Shown one piece after another: positions 22,301 through 33,609 of a DNA stretch of 64,000 nucleotides. The notes beneath the pieces were generated by a model. That model searched no databases. It was not told the DNA's origin and worked only from the letters and a program-made list of their open reading frames with translations. Both the position numbers and the translations under genes were made by a program. Positions within the stretch are counted from its first letter, which is position 1; each line of letters begins with the position of its first letter. Source of the DNA: Diplonema japonicum (Eukaryota; Protista; Euglenozoa: Diplonemea); contig OZ025693.1 of assembly GCA_964019335.1 (NCBI GenBank), positions 248,001-312,000 of the forward strand, given 5' to 3'.

Positions 22301-24103
22301 GGATTCCACCCAACCCATGATGATGGCTTTTTCTTCACGCATCCCAACGACCCGAACCGTCTCGTCTGCAGACTCTTGCACTTCATTAAGATCAGCAGCG
22401 GAGTCTATCATACTCATAGACCCATTGCACGACGATAGAGAGTTTGGTTTGGTTTTATCCGACAAGTACGGTATTTTCTTGATAACGTTGCTTGAAGAGG
22501 ATCTACCCGATAAGGCTGATACGGTGGACCTGCTGGATATCGAGGAAGACGGGGTGAGGATGCTCCCCAAGCTGCTCACGGAGGACTGCAGTTCGGGTTT
22601 GCTATCCGTTGAGATGAACAGTTTCTTGAAGGGGTCCGTGGCTGAGTTCGTCTTCGGGGACGTCAGTGTACAGGCGTACACGGTGACCTGTTCGCTTTTC
22701 CCCTTGATGCGAACGCCACCATGTGATATGAAGTACGCCTGCCCACCTCGGTAGTACTTCACTGTGTCGGAGTCGCACATGACACTCGTCTCCCATTTGG
22801 CCTGATCGTAGCCATACTGCATCATTCTTGCTGCGACGTTGACGCCGTCGCCTAGAACAGTGTACTCCCTACGCCATTCCGTGCCAAGCATCCCGCAAAA
22901 CACCTTTGCCCTTGATATCCCTATCGCAGAGGGGCCTGCAAGCTGCTTTGCCAGTTTCAAGCTGCAGTTTACCGCTCTGTCTGCGTCGTCCTCGTGGGTG
23001 TGTCGCGGAATTCCAAACAGACACAAGCATATGACGCCCTTGTCGTCCATCACCACCTTGTTGATCACGCCGTCGAACTTCGAGACGTACTTCTGCACTA
23101 CAAGGAGGTTCTCGTCCGTCATCGAGAGCAGCTTCGGGACGGGGAGCGTCCCCGTGATCGAGTTGAACTTTATGAAGAGGGTTGAGACTGTGCGGAGCTC
23201 GCCTGGTTCCTGCGAGGCGAGGCTGTACACTAACGTGCTGAACATAAACGACGACAGAAGCTGCTTGGTGTCTGTTTCGGATTGCGTGCAGATGTCTTGG
23301 AGGTGGTCGGGCTTGAGCTCCTTTGTGAGGTTCGCGTCGTACTTAATGAACTGCTTGTAGTTTGCATTCTTCGTCATCTTTGAGATGTAAATGAAACCGA
23401 ACTCATCGAGGAGGGCGAGGATGGACTTCGAGACGACAGTTTGGCCGGTGATGGCAATGTTCGCTGCGGCACCAGATTCTTCAACCGCGCTGCCCGCAAG
23501 GAGGTGCTTGAAGACGCCATAACTACTACTGCCGCCGCCGCCAACGACAAGGCGCGAGACGGGTCCCGCACCCCCACCGATGTGGACATTCATTGAGTAC
23601 AAGATGCCTGCAATGGTGAAGGTGTACATCCCGACCTTCTCGTGGAGGACCGCGCAGCACTGTAGAGAGTTGTACACGTTCTGCTTGTTCTTCTCGTACC
23701 ACCCGCAAAGCATAGCGTCGCCGGAGAACTCCAACACGTCCCCACCATGCTCCTCTACCACCTTCAGCAGCTTTGCAAAGTAAGCATTTAAGTGGTACGA
23801 CAGCATCTCGGCGCCCTCTTTCGTGACAACCTGCAAGATGGCTGCGATGTTTGAGAAGCCACTGATGTCCACGAAGATCGAGATGGCGTACACATCTGTC
23901 GCGCCTACTTCCACCGCGTTCTTGGCGCCGATCTGCCTAGCGAGCACATGGGGGAGACACGACGCGAGCTGCCGTAGGTCTAGATTGTTCACGACGTTCA
24001 GAAAGTCCTTGTCCTTCCTCCCTTGCTTCCTCGCCCTGTTGCTCCAGTCCCCCGCCGTCAGCTGCGAGACCGGGGACATCATGGTCTCATTGTCGGAGGG
24101 CAT
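19331..24103 (-). CDS. Soluble adenylate cyclase (ADCY10-like): two class III cyclase domains + P-loop NTPase + helical C-terminus
   Basis: FVDISGFS, FSGDA, MDDKG, YTVLGDGVNVAARMM; Walker A GTPKSGKST; Walker B FLIDDAQ. Confidence 0.88.
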   Translation of the reverse strand: MPSDNETMMSPVSQLTAGDWSNRARKQGRKDKDFLNVVNNLDLRQLASCLPHVLARQIGAKNAVEVGATDVYAISIFVDISGFSNIAAILQVVTKEGAEMLSYHLNAYFAKLLKVVEEHGGDVLEFSGDAMLCGWYEKNKQNVYNSLQCCAVLHEKVGMYTFTIAGILYSMNVHIGGGAGPVSRLVVGGGGSSSYGVFKHLLAGSAVEESGAAANIAITGQTVVSKSILALLDEFGFIYISKMTKNANYKQFIKYDANLTKELKPDHLQDICTQSETDTKQLLSSFMFSTLVYSLASQEPGELRTVSTLFIKFNSITGTLPVPKLLSMTDENLLVVQKYVSKFDGVINKVVMDDKGVICLCLFGIPRHTHEDDADRAVNCSLKLAKQLAGPSAIGISRAKVFCGMLGTEWRREYTVLGDGVNVAARMMQYGYDQAKWETSVMCDSDTVKYYRGGQAYFISHGGVRIKGKSEQVTVYACTLTSPKTNSATDPFKKLFISTDSKPELQSSVSSLGSILTPSSSISSRSTVSALSGRSSSSNVIKKIPYLSDKTKPNSLSSCNGSMSMIDSAADLNEVQESADETVRVVGMREEKAIIMGWVESAKDGRFRAVLPKEITTPREWSTKIGLKALLIKGTPKSGKSTLLAKAQELLGNKNVTPMSFSGRDTSYYSAVRNGVKAMLEGFNVKIDCGGDEQLQNLIPMMHYVVRLEGIPVPDEEHQKLPAEQKIELINEALLALFKRKCGWPFVFLIDDAQDVDNASWGLIFAAVQRGVHCLMTEKCGETMLGPTSRRVSRKSSVHDESLRRDDTESTASVTDIGGMFMERIECNMQDTMMRSELCATVNLVNFDKESVIELVLYCLTATHVDSKLVDMIVDKSGGVPGLVVSITTSLYNAGKIVVLPNGKVVSLSERDVEDVIVPAIPTVESALLCRMDGLTLKIKSVLRVCSVIGYHFQRSVLKFCIMKDDSFESPEQVIASLCETEFIISEGATLSFTRSIDKDIIYKTLLTSERKKLHEIVSSVLVGLNAPSEVICKHFIGCEKFGEALPYAESAKNGAIRNGDFHSALEFMTDVKHCLEGAGDEIWETTSEQRETLAIDQILCAYELGDLNGAAEAAIRELEAVNCPLKEPRLSKIFCCRSKNIILNPRLTQAVSTLFLIFLWQDNYEQCLWLAEIIAENEIDNGGVLHPAIQFLHKRPTSCEPPPVYRNTSLGVLIMFTSWEIEKQLETSALCMLPDMLTITPVIACTVDQALNMSYEESEVGAIPRPSDYHHLLCSLGVYCLLSGEGRAGYEYLKTCKESATAMKDLRWDCYSEILRTALALNFETSVLKLAAVGYVDFNPFMPRREWLSSTESDRLSAAFRISDSNMHDVSLVSLLIGVKCVCLSRVPTPSISGLSELVSGITIPSVKTPLCLFGVLYALQGFLLAIEKLVGQSDLRNPTHYLKQASKLLTELSVPIEIFPFLTPCYHYSAGLYHTVAGNCDAAWRCFKEVGVVSRRLNQRRSLPNIKAMIRMVLAPSVPKQTLREVYSSIMPLKSLNNCGVGELRYIVQKNLLGVVRTVQISSPEVQLLEISEKELAAEYGSDSSEED

Positions 24104-24238
24104 TGATATCAACGGCGTGCATCACGCGCTCACACCTTGCGTACCTTCTCCTGTGAAATAGGGCTTTCTTTTATTTTTCCGGTTCGAATATATAAAAAAA
24201 AGAAAGAAAAAAGGAAGAATACATAAAAATACTACAAG

Positions 24239-25069
24239 CTATCTAGAAGGGGAGAGTATCCGTTGTGCAAGGGTGTCTTGCACCTGTTGGGTGAGGAGTT
24301 TTGCCTCAGTTGTGAGGCGTGAAGCTTCTAGAGACACGGAGTGTGCGGTAGCTTGCTTGTGGAGTTCCGCTGCGAGTGTGTTGCGTACGTCTTCGAGTTG
24401 TTGGATTTTTTGGTCCTTCTCACTCAACGCTACCTTCACCTCTGCGGATAGCTTGCTGAGAAGGTCTTGCATTGTGTGCAGTTCGGTCGTCCGTTGCTGG
24501 AGTGCCTCTGTTAGGGCAGTGACCTCGGCGGTGGCAGGGATTTCTATTATCTTTTCAACGATTTTCTCAACTTCCACCCGCACAATGCGCTCCACCTCAA
24601 TGGGCTTCTCCACCGTCACCACCTTCTCAACAGGAACTTCCACCACACGATCTACCTCTACTATTTTTTGAACAGGGATTTCGACATATTTCTCGACAAT
24701 TTTCTCGACAGGCACTTCAACGATTTTTTCAACGATTTTCTCGACTATTTTCTCAACGGGCACCTCGACGATTTTTTCAACGATTTTCTCTACTATTTTC
24801 TCGACAGGGACTTCCACTATCTTTTCAACCGGGACCTCTACTATTTTCTCGACGATTTTCTCCACCTCCACCGTTGTTTCGACAGGGACTGCAACAGGAA
24901 CCTCCACCTCTATGATCTGCATTCTCGGGGATGATTGCCTGCTCCCTGCTGTTGATGAGTGCCACCTCCCTGAAGAACTACTGCCCCTCCTTCTAGGAGA
25001 CATTTGCAGGGTGCCTCCCGGATACCCCAAGGTGTGCGTCACAACAGACCCATTGGCAAAACTGGGCAT
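24239..25069 (-). CDS. Articulin/alveolin(IMC)-like cytoskeletal protein with VEKIVEVP repeats and coiled coil
   Basis: Tandem [12 protein letters not shown] repeats (~24540-24910) followed by a heptad-rich C-terminus. Confidence 0.75.
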   Translation of the reverse strand: MPSFANGSVVTHTLGYPGGTLQMSPRRRGSSSSGRWHSSTAGSRQSSPRMQIIEVEVPVAVPVETTVEVEKIVEKIVEVPVEKIVEVPVEKIVEKIVEKIVEVPVEKIVEKIVEKIVEVPVEKIVEKYVEIPVQKIVEVDRVVEVPVEKVVTVEKPIEVERIVRVEVEKIVEKIIEIPATAEVTALTEALQQRTTELHTMQDLLSKLSAEVKVALSEKDQKIQQLEDVRNTLAAELHKQATAHSVSLEASRLTTEAKLLTQQVQDTLAQRILSPSR

Positions 25070-25531
25070 AGCTCATTTGGGTGTGATGCTGTTTGGGTGT
25101 TCTGTTTCCCCTCTACCCCCCCCCCCCCCCTTTTCCTTTTTTTTGCTTTATAACTTGCTTGTTTTAATGAAGGGTGGGAGAGGGGAGAAAAATCCAATAA
25201 TCTTTTAGTGTTACACTAACCCTTCTGCATGGAGTAGTGCTAGGCCGAGTAGAAGAGTGCTATGTGCCATTGGGCTCCATATGCCGCAGAGTGCGCACCT
25301 TTGGATGCGACCCAATTGGCCTCCTCGGTCATCAAGCTGTCGTTGTGAAAAAAGAAGAAAAAAAAACAAAACAAACACTTTTTGTGAAAAAATTGGGGGG
25401 GGGGAACGTTTCTTTTTTTGGTAAAGTTGTTACATATGCACCCCCTCCCTTTTTTTTTTTTGGAAGGGTTTTCAGCCTTTTTTTTTGTCCCCCTCCCATC
25501 GCTTTCGCCATATCAGTAGCTACAAAGAAAG

Positions 25532-25916
25532 ACGTCCCATGTCTCTAAACCATGTCTGGCACCCCCTTCCGTTAGGACACAGAAAATTGTTTCAAAATGC
25601 AATTCTTTTTTTCCGGCAATTGACCAAACGGGTTTTAGAGACATGGGGCGTGAATATTTTTGCTTTTTTGCACTGATTCAAGAGTGTACCCCCCCCCCCC
25701 CCTCCCCTGCCCCCGTAAGAAAAGAAAATTCGATAAAGTTTCAGTGTGCATGGGGGTGCTCACTGTTCAGAAAGAAAAAAAAAACCCCCCCAAAAAAAAG
25801 AAATCACAAGCGAAAATACCTCTAAACCCGTCTGTAATGAAACATTTCGCGGCTCTCTTCGATGATTGAACACCGGTTTCTATAGCAAGTTCAGGATTAG
25901 CAGACGGGTTTTAGAG
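25532..25916. repeat. Two related inverted-repeat hairpins (25532-25651 and 25820-25916)
   Basis: Both have a CTCTAAAC arm pairing with a GGGTTTTAGAG arm, with the same single-base bulge. Confidence 0.6.
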
Positions 25917-26119
25917 ATACAGGGTGTTAATAAAATAAAACTCTCTTTTTTTTTTTTCTTCTTCTTCTTTTTTTGTAGGCACGCACAGATGGGGTGTAAA
26001 AAAAATACCTTTTTTCTTCTCTTTTTCTTTTTTGCTGTTGCTTTTTAAGAACGAAAACAGGAAAACTGAAAACAAGGATCCGCTTACACCCCCTTTTCCC
26101 CCCCCTTTCCTCCTTGTTC

Positions 26120-27970
26120 TTACGTGATGATGCTGGGAGAGCATACGTTACCTTCAAAGGCAAGCCCGAGCTTGGCACCAGTGGAGTCCTTATCGCCAGC
26201 CTTCGAGGCGGGGAAGAGGCTAGCCATGTCCGAGAGGATCATCGCACGCTCAGCAAGGGGCCGGACCTTCTCGAAGGGGTGTGCGGAGACGTCGCTTGCA
26301 GCGTCCACATACTTTTCCAAGTACATTCTAATGGTAGCACCAGACACACCCGTCCCGCTCAGCCTGAAGATGATCCTGGACCCGTCCTTCATGATCCATC
26401 TGATGCCCTGGTTCTCGCTGGCCGGAGCAGTGGTGTCCACAGGGTCAACGTATCTGAAGTTGTCGCTCATCTGCAGCTCAAACCCTTCGGCAGAGTGCTT
26501 TTCTGTGTCCTTCACCTTCTCTTTCATCCCATCCATCAGCTTCTCTGCCACCTCCTTGGAGACCCCTTCGTAGTCGTACCTCGCGTAGTAGTTCCTACCG
26601 TATGTCTTCCAATGCTCTGACACCACATCCTCCACGCTAACCAGCTTCTCCTTCCCTTCGTTCTTCGCCGTCAGGATTTGCAGCCATGCCAGCACCGCCC
26701 ACATCCCGTCCTTCTCCCTCACGTGGTCGGACCCTGTTCCGAAGGACTCCTCCCCGCACACAAATGGTGTCATCTTCTCACCCTTAGGGAAGTAAGAGCT
26801 GCCCGAGTCCATTAAGTTCCCGAAGTACTTCCACCCTGTGGGTGTCTCGTACATCTTGAGCCCCTGCACTTCTGCGACCTTGTCGAGCGCGGCGGATGTG
26901 GGCATCGACCTTGCGCAGCCCTTCAGCCCGTCTTTGAAGCACGGGAGGAGCTTTGCATTGGCGGCAATGATAGCGAGGGAGTCGCTGGGGGACACGAAGA
27001 ACTGCTTCCCGGTGATCATGTTTCTGTCGGCGTCACCGTCAGCGGCGGCACCGAAGGAAGGGACGCCCTCACCGTTGCCGACCTTTCTGCCTTCCTTGTC
27101 GAGGCCCATCTTTTCAACGAGGGCGCGGGCGTGCGTGAGGTTGGGGTCGGCGTGGCCATGGTGGGCGGAGGTGGGGCCGCCGAAGTCTTCCTTTGGCTCG
27201 CCGTTGAGGATGCACGTGGCGTCGAGACCGAGCTCGTCGATGAAGATGCGTGTGGCGTACGGCCCCTGCACACCGTTCATGCAGTCGTAGACCATCGTGA
27301 AGTCGGGGCGGCTGACGAACTTCTTGATGGCGGGGAAATCAAAGCACTCCTTCAGCACCGCCACGTGGTCCTCCGCAGCATCGAACACCTCGATGTTGAC
27401 AGTACGGCCGTCGGCCTCAACAGTGGTGGTCCCGACCGTCGAAATGTCTGTCACAGTGAACTCCTCAAACGACTTGTAAGAGGTGATCTCCTTCGTGTGT
27501 TTGAAAATGCAGTCTGTAACCTTCTCAGGTGCAGGGCCACCGTTTTCACAGTTGTACTTGATACCGAAGTCTTCGTCGATGCCTCCTGGGTTGTGGGACG
27601 CAGAGAGGATGAACCCACCGAAGGGTACGTTGCCCTTTCCACGGCTTCTGATCACAGCGGAGACGGCAGGGGTCGAGAGGAGGCCGTCTTTTCCTATCCA
27701 TATGGTGGAGACACCGTTGGCAACAGAGATCTTTATGATGGTCTGGATGGCCTCCTTGTTAAAGAATCGTCCGTCTCCGGAGACGACGACAGTGCCCCCC
27801 TTCACCATGTCGGCCTGGTCCTCCAGAAGTGCATTGTACACTGACTGCACGAAGTTCTCAAGGAAACCTTTCCCCATAAACTCCCTCGTCTTCTTCCTCA
27901 GCCCAGAAGTTCCCGGCTTCTGCCCGCCGGCCACCGCAACCGTTTCAAATACTTTCGGCGTGAATCCCAT
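26120..27970 (-). CDS. PGM: Phosphoglucomutase
   Basis: QKPGTSGLRKK, phosphoserine loop SASHNPGG, metal loop DGDADR, CGEESFGTGSDH. Confidence 0.97.
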   Translation of the reverse strand: MGFTPKVFETVAVAGGQKPGTSGLRKKTREFMGKGFLENFVQSVYNALLEDQADMVKGGTVVVSGDGRFFNKEAIQTIIKISVANGVSTIWIGKDGLLSTPAVSAVIRSRGKGNVPFGGFILSASHNPGGIDEDFGIKYNCENGGPAPEKVTDCIFKHTKEITSYKSFEEFTVTDISTVGTTTVEADGRTVNIEVFDAAEDHVAVLKECFDFPAIKKFVSRPDFTMVYDCMNGVQGPYATRIFIDELGLDATCILNGEPKEDFGGPTSAHHGHADPNLTHARALVEKMGLDKEGRKVGNGEGVPSFGAAADGDADRNMITGKQFFVSPSDSLAIIAANAKLLPCFKDGLKGCARSMPTSAALDKVAEVQGLKMYETPTGWKYFGNLMDSGSSYFPKGEKMTPFVCGEESFGTGSDHVREKDGMWAVLAWLQILTAKNEGKEKLVSVEDVVSEHWKTYGRNYYARYDYEGVSKEVAEKLMDGMKEKVKDTEKHSAEGFELQMSDNFRYVDPVDTTAPASENQGIRWIMKDGSRIIFRLSGTGVSGATIRMYLEKYVDAASDVSAHPFEKVRPLAERAMILSDMASLFPASKAGDKDSTGAKLGLAFEGNVCSPSIIT

Positions 27971-28403
27971 TTCTTTTTATTTCCTAAGAAGTGATGGGGG
28001 GGGTTTTTTTTTCTCGTAATGTAGGGGAGGAGGGGGGAGGGGGAGAAAAGAACGGACAATATAAGCCAATGTAGAAATACATTGAAGCATGAAAGGAAGA
28101 TGAAGAAAAAAAAATCACTATGATAGGAACGAAGTGGTTAGCAACGGCCCACCATAAAATAAAAAAAGTTTGTATGAAGAAAAAAAAAGTAAGTTTTTTT
28201 TTTTTTTTTAAAAGCTGCTGGGGGTGGTAGATTAGCAAAAGGCGGCACAGCAGCCAAAAAAAAAAAAGAGAACAAGAAGAAAGAAACACCCCCCTCCCCC
28301 ACCCACCCGTACGATGTAAAATGTTTCAAAAAAGCGAATAAAAAAAAAAAGTTCTGATCGGAAGAGAGGAAAAAAAGAAAGGAAAAAAAAAAAAGTTTTT
28401 TTT

Positions 28404-30622
28404 TTAAATCATGGATCGGACCTTGGCGACAACGGACTCGCTGTCATACTTCTGGTGGAATGCGTGCTCCCAAAGACCACCTTCACCTTCTCTGTGGACG
28501 CCGGTGCTAGCGAATTTAGGTGCGAGGCCACGGGTGAGCAGCCACGTTCCGAATCGTGAACCAAGGCCGGTCTTGGTGTTGAGGGGCTCGACAATGAGAA
28601 GGAAGCCAGCCTTGCCGACCTTTTGAATCATCTCCTCATCGACAATGTTGAGGGTTGTCTTGTTCACAAGACCTACCGAGATGCCCTCCGCCTTAAGCGT
28701 CTCCACAGCGTCGAGACACCTGTACAGGGCGTCACCATAAGCCATGATGTACCCCTTGGTGCCCTCTCTGATGAGGTCGTCCTTGCCAGGGATGAACGGC
28801 CTCTCAGGGGAGTAGAAGGGCGACCCGTCCTCCTTCAGAATTGCAGGTGTTTTCGATCTCGTGGTGAACAGGAAGCGAAGGCCTTTCATTGAGTAGATCG
28901 TCCTCAGGCACGACTCCACTTGAGCGGCGTCGCAAGGGAAGTATAGGCGTGTCGTCTCGTCGTCCGACAGCCCGTTGTCTGCGAACATGTTGTTGATCCC
29001 GAAGTGGCACGTGTTGTCCGCCATGTCATCAACACCAGAGTGGCTGAAGTGGCACAGCACGTTGGACTTGTTCAGCCTGGCCATCGTCACCTCAGAAATG
29101 ATCATCTCCAAGAACGCCGCGAAGGTGCTGAAGATACCCTGTTTGTGTTTTTTTTCTTCTTTTTTTTTTTGCCCCCCTGTACGCTTTCATACCTGTTTCC
29201 CTTCCTCCATCCCGAACCCGGCCGCCGCCGAGAAGTTCCCCCTCTCCATGATACCCGAGTGGCAGAAGATCTCAGGGTACGGCTTTTGCAGCTGTAAAAA
29301 AGAAAAAAGAGAAAAAAAAGGTTTTGTTTGGATTGTATGTTGTAAATAATACCTTTGCCAGCCCGGTGGAGCTGCCGAGGTCGGAGTCGATGGCCATGAC
29401 GGAGGCCTTGCGCTGCTCGGGGGTCATGGGGGCCATGATTTTGACAAGCGTCTCGCCGACGGTTGTGCGCATGGATCCCATGGCACCGCATCCGAGGTAG
29501 GAGGTCTTGGGGCACTTTGCCTTCTCGACCTTGGTGAGGACGTCGGCAGCCTTGTCGTACCCCCGCTCCTTGAGGTATTCGATGGCCTTGGCGGCAGGGA
29601 TGACATCGTGGCCAAGGGTGGTGGCCTCGACACCATTGATGCCGGGGGCCATTTTTCTTCTAACGACAACGCCGGAAGGGCCGTCGGTGATAACAGCAGC
29701 ACGCATCTTGGCGAACAGTGCGTCAAGATCCTCGCCGTCAACCTCGCAGGTGTCCATGCCGTGGCCTTGCAGACACTTCACGCAGTCGTACCCTGGGAGG
29801 TACTCGCTGGGCGGGCCGGTGATCGTGATGTCGTTGTCGTCGATGAACACCTTCACGTTCAAACCCTTGGCGACAGCGAGCCTCGCGGCCTCTGCGTCGT
29901 TCCCCTCCTGCTGCGACCCATCAGACCCGAGGCAGATAGCCACCTTCCCAGGGTTCGCCATCGCGACACCGTTCACAAAGGGCCACATGTGCCCCAGCCT
30001 GCCGCTGCTGAACTTCACACCAGATGTCATCCCGAGCTCAGGGTGGCCCGGGAGCTTGAAGTGACCCCTCCTGTAGTCGAGCAGCTCGTGAGCGGGCAGG
30101 TCCCCGTTGATGGCAGCCATCATGTACTGTGTGATGACACGGTGGCCTGCCTCGTCGAAGAAAATCGGCACGAACTTATCGGGTCTATGGGAAATACATT
30201 TTTTTTTTGCCCCCTTCTTTTTTTTTTTTTCTTGGATACACACCTGCCACGGAAGAACGTGTCCAAGACCACAACCTCGGGGACAGTGTCGAAGGCACCA
30301 CCAGTGTGCCCACCGTACCCACTTGCTGAACCCGTGGCAGAGAAGGCGACTGTGGTTTGTTGTTTTTTTCTTCTTTTTTTTTCCTCTCATTATGGCAAGG
30401 AAACTGCATACTCAAGGCATCTCTGCACAGCTGGATGTTTGCCTTCAGCTGCTCCCTGAGCTCTGGTGTGAGCTTCTCTACCTTCCAAGGGTCGATTTCC
30501 ACCTTCTTATACTGTAGGGTGTGTTATGATCCATGTCAGCAGGTTCATACCGCTCCAGGGAATTCCTTAATAGGGAACTCCTGCACAGTCGTTTTCCTGC
30601 GCTTCTCAAGTGGCTCACTCAT
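28404..30622 (-). CDS. Transketolase-like ThDP-dependent enzyme; 6 exons, ~647 aa
   Basis: GGHTGG, LPGHPE, SGRLGH, ThDP motif SDGSQQEG...DDN, GIMERG and HFSHSG. GT-AG introns 30512-30550, 30350-30411, 30185-30243, 29292-29352 and 29139-29192 restore one frame. Confidence 0.88.
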
Positions 30623-31000
30623 TTTTGGTTTCTCTTTTTTTTTTCCTCCTTTCACAATATGATATTTTCAGAGAGCCTTTTGTTTTCAGCGAAAAAATAA
30701 AGGTACAAACTTAAAAAAAAAAAAAAGAATTCCACAAAATCCCCTCCCCATACTCTTTTACAGTGTTCGACACTTTCTCTCCCTATTTCTTTTTCTTTTT
30801 TTTTTATAAAAGTTTTTCTGCTATCGTTTAAAATAAAAGTAAAGCAAAAAACCCCTCCGTCTCACCCTTTTCCCGTCTCCCTTTTATTGATTGATAGGAA
30901 GAGGGTCGGGGGGAGACAATAGGCGGCCCTCTCTCTCCCCCCCTTTTCTTTTTTTTTTTTTTATATTAGGAGATGGACATCAAACACATGATCGCAAAAC

Positions 31001-31042
<42 letters not shown>

Positions 31043-31052
31043 CTCCACCCAC

Positions 31053-33094
31053 TCACAAGAGGCGGCGCTTCTTCTCAGGCTGCCCTGAAGGCTGTTCATC
31101 TTCTGAAGAAAAATCGCTCGGTGTCAGCCTGATGGCTTCATCCACGGTGGAGTCAGGCGGGGGTGTAGCGGTACGGGGTCTTTCGGTGTTGTTGTTGTTG
31201 TTGTTGTTGCTATTATTCATCATTGCAAGACCAAGCTCTGCTGCGAGCTCAGGTGCGAGGCCGGTACTGGAAACAGTTTCAAATACAGGCGCTGTATCAG
31301 ATTTTGGGACAGCAGGCGGGGTGAAGCACGCCTCTTCCGCACCGAGACTGAAGAAACCTTTTGAGACAGATGGCGGCGGCGATGCCTCAAGTACGGGGCT
31401 CTCCTGACCACCTGTTACCCATGATGGCAAACACCCTTGACTGACTAAACGTATCATAGGCCCCCTCACCCCATCCCCACCCTTTAAATCTTTTATCATG
31501 TATCTGAACTTTTCCAATGCAGGTGTGAGCGACACGCTAGTGACTGTTGGTCCCGCTTTCAAACCCATGTACACCACACCAGCAGTGGGGTACGCATCGT
31601 CATCATCGTCTTCTAGTGGTGGTGTTGTTGTCGCCTTGCCGATGTTTAGTCTGTTCTTCGCAAGCCATTTCGACGGGGGGGTGAGCTCCTTCGGGTTCAA
31701 GCTGACCTCCACACCACGGCACATTTCCTCGATCAAGCCCGGGAGCGCTCGGATCCGAGAATTAACGTACCCGCCCCATTGACGGAATACGTCGTTGCTG
31801 GCACCCACAACCACCACTTCAAGGAAGTGTTTGTACGCACCGAAGAAGTCGAACGGCGCGGAAAAGAGCATCCAAGTGGCCTCGTTCCCCTGATTGTGCT
31901 TAGAGAGGATTTCAGCGCCACGTGAAAGCTCCGAACTGTGTTGATTTTTTTTTTTTTTTTTTTTTTGATTCTTTTTATATCATACTTGAGTTGACGGAGC
32001 TGCGGTCCGTTGATGTTTCTTGCGTTGTTTGTGAACGGGTAGGCGGGGTTCACTATGAGAAGCATCTCTTGTTGGTTTGCAACGAAGTTTTCCTCCGCCT
32101 CGGGGGTGACGGACACCACGGGTCGGTCGGGAATGGTATTCCCCGACGCAAGAAGACGGTCCGTCTCCGCCTTGTAGTGTTGGAACCACTCCGTGACCAC
32201 CTGTGAGCAGATATAGAACGGTCTCCGCTGACAGATATTCGCCACCATGATTGCAACAGTGCCACCGCCTAAGAACCCGTGCATGTTGCTGTAGACACCG
32301 CGTTGTGTAGCCCAGTGTTTGATGGCGCGTGTTGCGGCCCAGAAAACCGACATGTTCGGGATGCTGCGGGCCACGATCTCTCCGTTACGCACCCCTGCCA
32401 GGGAGTGGCAGGTTTTTTCGTCGATGTTCGCTAGGAACTCGTCGGTGACCATATCTTCAGGGTTCTCATGCTCGGGGAGGTTTGCAAACGCAAGATCAAT
32501 ATGAACTTTCTTCCACTCCATCTTAATAACCGGTACAATGGCCTGTTGCACACTGTGGATTGCCGGTGCGGGTTTCAGCTCTTGTTTCAATATCGCAGGG
32601 AACGATGTAAAAAAGTTGTCCCGTAGATCCGGGCCTCCCGTTGCGACGCATAATAAATCAGTGTCGGCATCCTGGAGTTGAACGTCAAGCCGGACACTCC
32701 CGTATACATATACTGCGGCATTGGTCGCTTTTACTTCCTTTTTTTTTTTTTTTTTTTTTTTTTGTTTTGTTTCTCCTTCACACCTTTGCCCACGTTTGCA
32801 AGATGTCGTTTAGTGTATCGAGGAGCTTTTTTCGCGTCCCGACTTGAACTTCCGTTTCCAGATCGCTTTTAACTACTACGTTCAGCATTGAGGCGGTAGC
32901 TTGTTCGTCTGCAGGGGTGGGTCGGGTCAGGTCGGGATTCTATGTTTTCTTTTCGATTTTTTGAAGGGGGAAAAAAAAAGGGGGGGGGGAGGTGTGTGTT
33001 TGTGTGATTTCTTTTTTTTTTTTTTTACCTTCCACGGTTGTGTATCCACATTGAGAATTACATCCCCCAGCACACTTTTTGCAATCGTCGCCAT
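31053..33094 (-). CDS. PAP: Canonical-type poly(A) polymerase (divergent); 4 exons, ~618 aa
   Basis: YGSVRLDVQLQDADTDLLCV catalytic motif, VPVIKM..IDLAFA, IKHWATQRGVYSNMHGFLGG and NPAYPFTN. Introns 32940-33028, 32738-32783 and 31936-31985. Confidence 0.88.
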
Positions 33095-33609
33095 TTAGCC
33101 CCCTCCCCTACTTTTTCCCCTCCCCCTCCCCTCCTTCTTTTCTTTTTTTTCTGTCAGTTCTTTTGTAAGGGTTGAATAATTAAAAGGAAAATTTTCGATG
33201 GGGGGAGGAAAAAGGAAAAACTGACCCGGGGGGGTTTTTTTTTCATTTCATTTTTCTTATATTTCCTTTTTTTTCTTTTTTTTTATTTTGAACACGGAAA
33301 ATTGGGATGTCCGCCACAAAGGAAAAACAAGAAAAAAAGCAAGAAAAACGATGAAGATACCCGGCCACATATTGCATGGGGCGGTGCCGCATGTATGATG
33401 TGGAACAGCAAAGAAAAGGGAGGAAGAAAGAAAAAAAAAAAAAAAAAAAAGAAACATTTTAGGTTTCGTTGCACACGTTTGGTTTCAACCATCACAGGTC
33501 CCTGTGATGCTTGCAACACGGCCAAACAAAATGAAATCACACCTTCGAACAATGAATATGAGAACAAGAAAACAGTTCTCTTTTTTTTTAAAAAAAAGAA
33601 TAATCACTC

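Noticed and set aside
24540-24910. Short tandem DNA repeats as a non-coding array
   Set aside because: They encode the EKIVEVPV protein repeats.
25216-25223. CTAACCCT as a telomerase RNA template
   Set aside because: An 8-mer is expected by chance in 64 kb, and there is no supporting context.
25631-25916. GTTTTAGAG, matching the start of type II-A CRISPR repeats
   Set aside because: Only 9 nt, no regular repeat-spacer array, no cas genes, eukaryotic context.
26120-30622. PGM + transketolase + rib gene as a functional pentose-phosphate/riboflavin cluster
   Set aside because: The rib gene is ~18 kb away among unrelated genes; adjacency in directional clusters is usually not functional.
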